From Fibrobacter sp. UBA4373 (GTDB lineage Bacteria > Fibrobacterota > Fibrobacteria > Fibrobacterales > Fibrobacteraceae): a stretch of DNA of 64,000 bases. Shown piece by piece: positions 39,745-47,883 of the stretch. Every line of letters begins with the position of its first letter. The first letter of the stretch is position 1. Under the pieces are notes generated by a model. It had not been told where the DNA came from and did not search any database. It saw only the letters and a list, made by a program, of their open reading frames with translations. The stretch spans positions 5,361 to 69,360 of the forward strand of contig DGSB01000061.1 of assembly GCA_002390045.1 (NCBI GenBank), in the 5' to 3' direction. Both the position numbers and the translations under genes were made by a program.

Positions 39745-40767
39745 TTAAATCCATCCGCGGAATCCGAAACTCAAAGGGTTCCAAAGTTCCGCCTGGGATT
39801 CGTAAACCAAGGCATAATCGATCTGGAAGAAGTACTTGTTTTTGCCCAAGCGGATACTAAACTTGTACCCGAGACCAAATGTGTAATTGAACTCGTCAAA
39901 GCCTCCGCGCACCCAAAGGTCTTCGAGAGCTTCCCATTCCATACCGAAACGTCCTGTCCAAATATGCCAATCCGGGTCAAAGACTAGCAATGTATCTGCG
40001 ACCTGGTAATCCAAAGCTTCCATCCACACGGAAATCGGTCGTTCAAAGAGCTTGGTTCGATAGCCGACGCCAATCTGCAAAACTTTGGGACGAACGCCTT
40101 CGCTCTGTTCCACAGAATTGTCATTTGAAGCGTTCCGAGTCCACTTGGCAGAAAGGTTCTTGCTAAAGCTCAAATTGCGAATCACCACCGCAGTCGACCA
40201 GTGTTCATCCCATTCGCGGTTCCAGCCAAGGTTCAATACAACCGGACTTTGGTAAGAATCCACCAGATCCGCATCTTCATAATCGCCCGAAACATCCAGA
40301 TTGTCGTAACTCAACGCGAGAGAAAAACCGATACCGTCCTTACGGGTCAATCGATAGCCAACGCCTACATAGGTCGTCGTAAAATAGGGCGACGCACTGC
40401 CAACCGTTTCGTCATCGCTATTGATGACGTCAAAATCCAAATCCGTTCGGTAAAGAACAGCGGCGCCAATGCCCATCCGCTTTCCGATTTGGGATTCGAC
40501 GCCAAGAGATCCACCTGCGCGATCCAAATCTCTTTTTTCGGCAGCCAAAGCGTATCCGACTCCATTTCTAAAAGCCAGAAGGGCTGGGTTAAAATAAGCG
40601 GAAGGCATTGCCGAAGTATCGGCCGCGCCGACATTTCCACGGCCGAGTTCTCGGCCGCCTGTACCCATGCGTTCCACAAAGCCATCCATGCCGCCTAACG
40701 CCGCTTTTTTACTCGCCAAGGAAGACGCGCACAAGACTAAAACGAGAAGCACCCCTATTTTTTTCAT
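39745..40767 (-). CDS. PorV/PorQ-like (FadL-type) outer-membrane barrel
   Basis: Signal peptide, GTGGRELGRG..AYFNPALL hatch motif, WVRGG, IDYA. Confidence 0.7.
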   Translation of the reverse strand: MKKIGVLLVLVLCASSLASKKAALGGMDGFVERMGTGGRELGRGNVGAADTSAMPSAYFNPALLAFRNGVGYALAAEKRDLDRAGGSLGVESQIGKRMGIGAAVLYRTDLDFDVINSDDETVGSASPYFTTTYVGVGYRLTRKDGIGFSLALSYDNLDVSGDYEDADLVDSYQSPVVLNLGWNREWDEHWSTAVVIRNLSFSKNLSAKWTRNASNDNSVEQSEGVRPKVLQIGVGYRTKLFERPISVWMEALDYQVADTLLVFDPDWHIWTGRFGMEWEALEDLWVRGGFDEFNYTFGLGYKFSIRLGKNKYFFQIDYALVYESQAELWNPLSFGFRGWI

Positions 40768-40768
40768 G

Positions 40769-42361
40769 TTACTTCCCTCCCAAAGTCATCACTTTTCCCC
40801 AACCCACATGACCGTGATTGTCTTTGACGCGGACATAATAAATGCCCATCGTTACCGCCTTTCCAGCATTGTCACGACCATCCCAAAAATCTTCCGTCGC
40901 AAGTGAACTGCGGGTAGAACTCGCCGCGCGTTCCGCATTTTTAACAATCGTTCGCACTCGGCGCATATCATAGCTGAACACTTCAATCGTAATTTTGGAC
41001 GGTTTACTTACTTTATACGAAACCAGTGACTGGTTATCAGCCCCGATTACCGAAGGGATCATGCGGATGGAGCCCAAGTCATCTTTCACAGACGTCTGGT
41101 TCATAATCGGAGTCCAAGTCTTACCGGTGTCCGCCGAAACAGAAATGCCAGCGCCATTGGTGCACACGACAAGTCCCGTCATTTTGGCGGTCAACGGGAA
41201 CGCGGCAACCGAGGTTACTTCCACACTGCGATCGACAACGCCTGCATTCAAGCCGTAAAGCCATTGGTTGTCTTCATCATCATAAGGAACGGCTCCTACG
41301 CTGTCCAATTTCAAAAGTCCACTCGCACTTCCTTCTATTGCCTGTACCGAAAGGAACGCCATGTTTCCGACGAAAGCGACATCGCTTGTCGAAAAATCAT
41401 TCTTGTCGTAAATATTTTTCTGAGTTTTACCCGTCGTATCGCGGAACACCACTTCGGCAAAAGGTTTTCCATTGTAAGATCGCCAAAGTTTATTTTCTGT
41501 ACTGGACTTTCCCCGCTTGCTCGTTTCCACAATAATCTGTTCCGGAGTTCCCCCGATCCAAACGCCTGTGACGCGGGAAGTATCGAGTCCTTTCACTCCA
41601 GAGGTCTTCAGCTTAAACGTCGAAATGTCAAATGTAAAAAGTCCTCCGCCCGTCGCCAGATAAAAGGTTCCGTCCTGAGACCTGGCCATTCCGTAGACCA
41701 GCGGATTTTTTGTGGAATCCACGACAGAAGACGACTTCAGCGAATCTAAAGTCAGGTTCTTTTTATTGACCACAAAATTCGAACGCTTCGGAGAATTAAT
41801 GCCTCCGCTCACGTCCTCTTTTGCAATACCATAAATCCCTCGCGCCATCCATAAAACGCTCGAACTCGAATCGTACACGAAAGCCGAAATCGCGTGCGCC
41901 ATTTCCGGAAGTTCCGGAAATTCCCCCTTCGGGGCCGGAAGCGGCTTTGCGGTTACCGCATTCGCCGCTCGCACGCTATAATAACCGTAAGGCGTCAAAA
42001 ATCCCGAATCACTTTCCGCAACAAGCGGAACGACAAAGCCTAAAGCACCCGCTTTTCCATGTGGCGTCCGGCGATGTTCCGCAGTCACATCCGAAAAGAC
42101 ACCATCCTGCACCGGCGTCAACGAATCCGGCAAAAGTTCCGTTGCGTTAATCGAATAGGAAATCGACCCGGCTGTCGGCGTCAGCGAAACGAGAGAAACT
42201 CCACTACCAGCATTGCCTCGGCTCACGACCCAGATAGATCCCGTGGTAGAAGCCGCCCCCGCAGCATACGTAAAGTTACTGACAAAATTTTCGCTTTTTG
42301 CAGCTAAAGCCGTCACCGCGCAAAAGCTGCACCCCCAAAGCATTTTTCCCAAAAAATTCAT
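40769..42361 (-). CDS. Secreted beta-propeller-like protein with FlgD-Ig/T9SS-CTD-like C-terminus
   Basis: ITIEVFSYDMRRVRTI..WDGRDNAGKAVTMGIYYVRV; ATGGGL and SADTGKTW blade motifs. Confidence 0.7.
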   Translation of the reverse strand: MNFLGKMLWGCSFCAVTALAAKSENFVSNFTYAAGAASTTGSIWVVSRGNAGSGVSLVSLTPTAGSISYSINATELLPDSLTPVQDGVFSDVTAEHRRTPHGKAGALGFVVPLVAESDSGFLTPYGYYSVRAANAVTAKPLPAPKGEFPELPEMAHAISAFVYDSSSSVLWMARGIYGIAKEDVSGGINSPKRSNFVVNKKNLTLDSLKSSSVVDSTKNPLVYGMARSQDGTFYLATGGGLFTFDISTFKLKTSGVKGLDTSRVTGVWIGGTPEQIIVETSKRGKSSTENKLWRSYNGKPFAEVVFRDTTGKTQKNIYDKNDFSTSDVAFVGNMAFLSVQAIEGSASGLLKLDSVGAVPYDDEDNQWLYGLNAGVVDRSVEVTSVAAFPLTAKMTGLVVCTNGAGISVSADTGKTWTPIMNQTSVKDDLGSIRMIPSVIGADNQSLVSYKVSKPSKITIEVFSYDMRRVRTIVKNAERAASSTRSSLATEDFWDGRDNAGKAVTMGIYYVRVKDNHGHVGWGKVMTLGGK

Positions 42362-42369
42362 TTTTCCTC

Positions 42370-43002
42370 CTAACGCATGTCGATAATATCGACACCCTTC
42401 GCAGGTTTCAAAACAAAGTCGTCCCGATTCACCCGATCCAATTTTTTCAAGTTCGAAATTTCATAATTGGAAGCGTTCCCCAGCCGATCAATGGAAACCA
42501 ATCGCATTGGCGAAGCGTCTTTTGTCGAAAGCCAAACTTCCATTTCCGAAAAATCCTTGCCATATTTGGAAGCGTCCAAAGTAATGACATTTGCGGTCTT
42601 CTTTCCGATTTTATCCTGCTTCATCGAAATCGGCTTGCACTGCAAATATTTAAATAGGATTTCCGACGGGTGCATATTGCTTTCCATATCTTCGAGAAGT
42701 TTCAGCAACACCTGATTCTGTTCCTGATTCCACTGCCAAAAATTTGTCCCATCGCAATAAATCGCCATTCCTTGCAACTGAAGGCGGAACATATCCTTGC
42801 CCGTTACCAAGAGGTTTCCACTTTGGTGGCCGGTCGCGGGGGAACCTGCGTAGTCCACCCGAACCTGGAAGTCAAAACTCCAAGCCTTACCCGAATTAAA
42901 CCATTTTTTGGAAAGCGCCATGACGGAATCCGCCGGAGCCGCAAAAGCATTCACAGCCAAAGCCGAGACTGCCAGCATCAAAATTTTTTGGAAAAGTCCC
43001 AT
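42370..43002 (-). CDS. lolA: Outer-membrane lipoprotein carrier LolA-like
   Basis: Signal peptide, YCDGTNFWQWN..NQV, P-x-KGVDIIDMR. Confidence 0.8.
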   Translation of the reverse strand: MGLFQKILMLAVSALAVNAFAAPADSVMALSKKWFNSGKAWSFDFQVRVDYAGSPATGHQSGNLLVTGKDMFRLQLQGMAIYCDGTNFWQWNQEQNQVLLKLLEDMESNMHPSEILFKYLQCKPISMKQDKIGKKTANVITLDASKYGKDFSEMEVWLSTKDASPMRLVSIDRLGNASNYEISNLKKLDRVNRDDFVLKPAKGVDIIDMR

Positions 43003-43101
43003 AATAGGCCTAATTTACAAAAAAGCCGCCCCTCCTTGATGGATTCTTTCCGCGCATATTTCTATTTTGAAGCCCAAACGTGTTTTTACGCAAAGGAAAC
43101 T

Positions 43102-44202
43102 ATGATCAAGCACCTTAGCTTTTTTGTTCTCGCCGCAGCAGCTGCCGCCATGGCTGTCGATGTAGAATTGCACGGCGAAATCGATGCCGATTACGCTTCT
43201 TATTGGGACAAGGATTTTAGCCCGACCAACGCAGCAAACCAAGACATCAAGCTCGAAGGCAAAATCTTCCTGGATGAAAACGTCTCCGTGAGCATCAACG
43301 GTCGCACCCACAGCAATTACGTTTCGGAAGACGGTACCGAAGCCTCCCAGGTTCGCCACGAAAACCGTGCGACGGCGATGGGCGACGCCGAAAACCGTTG
43401 GACCGGATTTGATTTTGACGGAGTGACTCTCGCGTGGCAGTTTACCCCGCTTGCCCGCGTCGTATTCGGCGATCTGACTTATAACGCAGGCGCCTTCTCT
43501 TATTACTACTGGCGCGATACCGAAGATTACGCAGTCATTCTCCGAGACCAGAGCATTCGCGGTATCGGATTCGAAGTGGAAAACGGCAAGGCTTATATCG
43601 GTGCCACCGAAAACAACTCCCATTCGCTTGCCACCTTCATCACCTACGGTTTCGATCTGATTTCTAAAACGGACGAACGCTTTACAATTACCCCGAGCCT
43701 CGACTGGGTATTCGGCAAGGAAATCAGCCGATCCTACACTTATGCGCTCGGTACAGAAATCCAGTACACGAAAAGCACCGACAACTTTAGCTATGGCATC
43801 AACGCGACCTGGGGAACTCACCCGTATAAGGGTCACGGAGTCCACACCTTCCTCGTAGAACCATCCTTCAACTACAAGTTCTTCAACCTCGCAGGTTCTT
43901 ACTACCAGGCTCTCCTCGCCGACAAGGATTCTTCTGTCGTCGACCAGACGTTCACCGAAGACGAACGCATGTTCTACATCGAACCGTCCGTGGATCTGCA
44001 CAAGAAGTTCTCGATGGGATTCGCCTACGAATTCCACGATCCAAGTGTCGAAGAACATAACGACAGTCGCCATTTCCTTGGCCCGTCCTTCTACCTCTAC
44101 CCGACGGTCGAAGCGGAACTCGTGTTCTGGGCTGGCTATAACATTTGCAGCCGTGGAGCAAACCACTTCTCCATGGGTATCAGCGGACACGTCGAGTTCT
44201 AA
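43102..44202 (+). CDS. Putative porin
   Basis: AAGGA SD before MIKHLS, signal peptide, amphipathic strands, terminal Phe. Confidence 0.75.
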   Translation: MIKHLSFFVLAAAAAAMAVDVELHGEIDADYASYWDKDFSPTNAANQDIKLEGKIFLDENVSVSINGRTHSNYVSEDGTEASQVRHENRATAMGDAENRWTGFDFDGVTLAWQFTPLARVVFGDLTYNAGAFSYYYWRDTEDYAVILRDQSIRGIGFEVENGKAYIGATENNSHSLATFITYGFDLISKTDERFTITPSLDWVFGKEISRSYTYALGTEIQYTKSTDNFSYGINATWGTHPYKGHGVHTFLVEPSFNYKFFNLAGSYYQALLADKDSSVVDQTFTEDERMFYIEPSVDLHKKFSMGFAYEFHDPSVEEHNDSRHFLGPSFYLYPTVEAELVFWAGYNICSRGANHFSMGISGHVEF

Positions 44203-44209
44203 ACTTCCC

Positions 44210-45244
44210 GTGGCCAAATCCAAACGCATTCAAGCCCTTGATTCCATTCGAGGGCTTCTTTTATTACAGATGACGCTGGACCACTTCAGCGGCCCCGTCA
44301 GCCATGTGCTGTACCAATGTTTTGGATTCTTTTCTGCAGCCGAGGGATTCTTTTTTCTTTCTGGCTTTGTAGGAATGCTCGCCGTTATCAGCAAAACCTC
44401 CCGAGGCGAAGATTCTAGCTGGATGCGTAAACGTTCCATTCGCATCTGGAAGTTCCACATCGGGACAATCGCCCTCCTTGCGCCAGCCGCCTTCCTATTT
44501 CTTCCCAAGATCAAGCCCTTCTTTTCGGCTTTGTACGCGCACCCGGTCAGCGGATCGTTCTTGATTGCAACCCTCGCTTACCTGCCGGAATGGCTCGACG
44601 TACTCCCTCTGTACTGCTTTTTACTGCTGATTGGATCGTTCGTTTTTCCATGGATTGCCAAAGGGCATTTAAAACTCGCCTGGGGAATTTCCTTTGCCGT
44701 CTGGATCCTTGCCCAAGGGCCTCTCCGCACAACCACCCTACAAATTTTTCCGAGCTGGATGAACCCCGGATTTTTCGATCTGTTCGCTTGGCAATTCGTG
44801 TATTTTACCGGAGCCGCCTGCAGTGCCTTATGGAAAAAGGAAGGCTCTCCGCTCGCCTCCCCTTCTTCATTTTTAGACCGAGTATTCCCCATTGCACTCA
44901 TCACGTGCATTCTCTGTTTTTTCTTTTCACACCGTTTCTTGGGGAACGCCCTGCCCAGTGAATTTTGGATTTCCAAAGAGCACGTCGGCTTTCTGCGATT
45001 TACAAATTTTTTTGCCTTTGTCGGAGTGATTTCATATATCGTCCGGCACCGGCCCGCATGGTTGGATTTTAAGCCGTGCGCCACTTTAGGACGCCATAGT
45101 CTCGAAGTCTATACCGCCCACACCATTTTTGTGTATCTGTGGATGGCAACGCCAAACGCCGTGCAATACCACTTGCCGTTCAACGTTCTTGCCCCCATTC
45201 TCTGTTGCGGTCTGTTATGGATTATCGCAAAAGTTCTCGACTAG
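44210..45244 (+). CDS. OpgC-family membrane acyltransferase
   Basis: RIQALDSIRG..DH, SAAEGFFFLSG, DVLPLY, FAWQF, GRHSLEVY; GTG start. Confidence 0.85.
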   Translation: MAKSKRIQALDSIRGLLLLQMTLDHFSGPVSHVLYQCFGFFSAAEGFFFLSGFVGMLAVISKTSRGEDSSWMRKRSIRIWKFHIGTIALLAPAAFLFLPKIKPFFSALYAHPVSGSFLIATLAYLPEWLDVLPLYCFLLLIGSFVFPWIAKGHLKLAWGISFAVWILAQGPLRTTTLQIFPSWMNPGFFDLFAWQFVYFTGAACSALWKKEGSPLASPSSFLDRVFPIALITCILCFFFSHRFLGNALPSEFWISKEHVGFLRFTNFFAFVGVISYIVRHRPAWLDFKPCATLGRHSLEVYTAHTIFVYLWMATPNAVQYHLPFNVLAPILCCGLLWIIAKVLD

Positions 45245-46683
45245 AAGGCGAGGACAAATCCCGCGACAAAAAGGCCAACGCCTAACACGCCAAAGCCAGC
45301 CGCAGCGATTCCTTTTTTGTCTCCGGAATCATTCAGGTCCTTGTTCTGCTTCACGAGCTTTTGCGTATCGGCACTTTCAAAGGCGCTCTTGTTGTAGGCG
45401 GTCTTCTTATCGGCAGCGTCACTCCAATCGCTTTCCGCCAAATACCAGAACACGCCGCCAGCAAGGATCGGAACAATTGAGCTCCACAAAAGGCCTCGCC
45501 CAATATAACGGCGGGAACGTTCCCGTTCATATTCACGTTGCATTTCGACAACGCTCGGATTATCAACCGCTTCGAGTTCTACATAAATCGGGTTCGGCAT
45601 AAAAGCGCGGACTTCGACCGTCACTGCCGTATCCAGATAGCCGACTTTTCGCATATAAATCGTCTTGGATACAGACGGATCCGTTTCAATCGCTACATCC
45701 GTCAAGTACTTCGGCATCACGCTTTCTGTCGGGGCTTTATCCAGATAGACTTCTACCCCATCCGGAATCGTCGCCACCGTAATCTTTGTCGTAGGACGTT
45801 CCACTTCGATGCGCACTTTGTTCAAGGAATCCGCATTGATCTTGACGGTTTTCGTTCCCCACCAGTCCACATCCTTCAAGCGCTTTTTGACCGACAGCGT
45901 GTACTTACCCGGCTTGATCTTTTTGATGGTATCCGGAGCGATCATTTCGAGAGGCTCGCCGTTGATAAAGAGTTCGCAACTGTCCGGGTACGATGTGATA
46001 AGGATATTCGCTCCGCCTTCCGGATAAAGAGGTGCCTCGTCCAGATCTTCGTCGGCATACACAAAGTCCGAAAGAGAAAGGTTCACAGGTTCCTTGCTCA
46101 ACAGATTCGTCATTCGCTTAAATTCAAGCTTGTAATACTTGATATACTTTTGTTCCAAAGGAATCGCCGCTTCTTTTGCCAAAGAATCCTGGATTTCTTT
46201 TGCCCGGATAGAATCTTCTACCGCTTGAATTCTTGCGAGGGAATCCTTTTCCGCTTGTTCTTCTTGCGCAAGCAAGGCGGATTCAAAATCGTTTTCCTGG
46301 AAAGCCTTGGCTTTTTCAAGCGAGTCGGCGACACGGGCCGCTTCCGCAATGGAATCCGCCACGGCAAGGGAATCTTCGACAGCATCTGCCGCATTGTTCA
46401 CCGCATACGAAGACGTTTCTTCTGCCGCATTTTCCGTCGTATCCGCCAAAGAGGAATCCGGAGAAATCTTGTCGAGCAAAGCCTCGTCCGCCTTCCGGAT
46501 TTCCGCCATTTCCAAAGAATCCAACGGAAGCAGGTAAACCGTATCCTTTTCCAGTTTTACAAACTTCGCATCTTGCTCCACGGAATCGGAAAACAGAACA
46601 AAACGAACAGGCACTTCACGCGCAAAAACGGCCGCTATGCAAAAACAGAGCAGCAAAAAAAAGATTTTAAAGGACGACATCAT
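45241..46683 (-). CDS. PEGA-domain membrane protein
   Basis: ITSYPDSCELFING..IKPGKYTLSV, TIPDGVEVYLD; C-terminal TM helices; acidic stalk. Confidence 0.8.
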   Translation of the reverse strand: MMSSFKIFFLLLCFCIAAVFAREVPVRFVLFSDSVEQDAKFVKLEKDTVYLLPLDSLEMAEIRKADEALLDKISPDSSLADTTENAAEETSSYAVNNAADAVEDSLAVADSIAEAARVADSLEKAKAFQENDFESALLAQEEQAEKDSLARIQAVEDSIRAKEIQDSLAKEAAIPLEQKYIKYYKLEFKRMTNLLSKEPVNLSLSDFVYADEDLDEAPLYPEGGANILITSYPDSCELFINGEPLEMIAPDTIKKIKPGKYTLSVKKRLKDVDWWGTKTVKINADSLNKVRIEVERPTTKITVATIPDGVEVYLDKAPTESVMPKYLTDVAIETDPSVSKTIYMRKVGYLDTAVTVEVRAFMPNPIYVELEAVDNPSVVEMQREYERERSRRYIGRGLLWSSIVPILAGGVFWYLAESDWSDAADKKTAYNKSAFESADTQKLVKQNKDLNDSGDKKGIAAAGFGVLGVGLFVAGFVLAF

Positions 46684-46749
46684 ACACCGTTAAAATAATT
46701 TAAATCGAAGAAAGGGGAACATCTATTCACCTTTATCCAGGAGATTCAG

Positions 46750-46914
46750 ATGAAAAAATATCATTGCACCGAATGCGGTTACATCTACGATCCAGCAGAA
46801 GGGGATCCCGATAACGATATCGAACCGGGGATTCCATTCGGACACCTGCCCGACGACTGGGAATGCCCTGTGTGCGGAACCGAAAAGAAATATTTCGAAG
46901 TGGAAATCGAATAA
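46750..46914 (+). CDS. Rubredoxin (54 aa; below the ORF-track cutoff)
   Basis: [32 protein letters not shown]; GGAG SD. Confidence 0.96.
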   Translation: MKKYHCTECGYIYDPAEGDPDNDIEPGIPFGHLPDDWECPVCGTEKKYFEVEIE

Positions 46915-46930
46915 GCCGAATTCATACAAA

Positions 46931-47710
46931 TTAATTTTCAATTTCCAGCTTTTCGAGCTTGGCACAATAGATTGGGCCACGGCCCGCACAACGGTCCGGA
47001 AGCATTTGCAGTCCAAATTCGGTTTTATCCGTTCCTGGAATTCCGGATTCCAGTTCCAAGACGCGAACCTTGCCCTTGCGTTTCTTTAAGATTTTACGCA
47101 CCACGTCGTCATTTTCCATTCTGGAAAGAGCGCAGGTGCTGTAAATCATTTGGCCCCCTGGCTTGAGCGCATCGACAGCACTCGCAAGCAGCGATCCCTG
47201 CGTAATCGCGATATGCGAAATACGCTTAGGAGACCATTCGGCGAGGTATTTTTCGCTTTCCATCACATGGCGTTCCGAAGAACATGGAGCATCGAGCAGA
47301 ATGCGGTCAAATTCTTCCTTGCGATACATCCCGAAGCGGACTCCGTCATAACCGGAAACGGTCACATTTGCCCGGAATTCTTCGGGCAAAGTATTTTCGA
47401 TTACATGGGAAAGTCGAGTCCGGCGGTCTGGAGAACGGTCGTTGGACTGCAAGGAACCTTTTCCTTTTAACGCTCCTGCAAGGATAAGCGTTTTACCGCC
47501 CGGAGCGGCGCACATGTCGAGCACGTTCATGCCGGGTTCTACGCCCAAGGCCCGCGCTGCAAACGCCGAAGCTTCATCCAAATAATACGGCTCTTTTCCA
47601 GGATACTGGATCGTTTCGTAAACGGCCTCGCCACGGAGCGCCGGCAAGAGCGCATTCCAACGTTCGCCAAAATATTCCGAAAAGAATGCAAAAAAATCGG
47701 GAGCTGCCAT
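46931..47710 (-). CDS. RsmB/NOL1-NOP2 family RNA m5C methyltransferase
   Basis: VLDMCAAPGGKT, ILLDAPCS, YSTCAL..END. Confidence 0.92.
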   Translation of the reverse strand: MAAPDFFAFFSEYFGERWNALLPALRGEAVYETIQYPGKEPYYLDEASAFAARALGVEPGMNVLDMCAAPGGKTLILAGALKGKGSLQSNDRSPDRRTRLSHVIENTLPEEFRANVTVSGYDGVRFGMYRKEEFDRILLDAPCSSERHVMESEKYLAEWSPKRISHIAITQGSLLASAVDALKPGGQMIYSTCALSRMENDDVVRKILKKRKGKVRVLELESGIPGTDKTEFGLQMLPDRCAGRGPIYCAKLEKLEIEN

Positions 47711-47782
47711 GGTGTCAAAATTAGAAACTTGCAAGGAGTTTAAAAATAAGAAGGCCGGTCCTAAAAGAACCAGCCTATCTTA

Positions 47783-47853
47783 TTGAGCTACCTGGACTCG
47801 AACCAAGACAAACAGATTCAGAATCTGTTGTGCTACCATTACACCATAGCTCA
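47783..47853 (-). tRNA. tRNA-Gln (CTG), CCA not encoded
   Basis: TGAGCTATGGTGTAATGG..ACAGA-TTCTGAA-TCTGT..GGTTCGAGTCC..TAGCTCA. Confidence 0.95.
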
Positions 47854-47883
47854 GTGATCGTGCACCAAAATTAGAAAAAATGT

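Noticed and set aside
43015-44229. 404-aa minus-strand ORF and the 144-aa N-terminal extension of the porin ORF from 42670
   Set aside because: Shadow frame; the extension overlaps lolA and the real start with SD and signal peptide is at 43102
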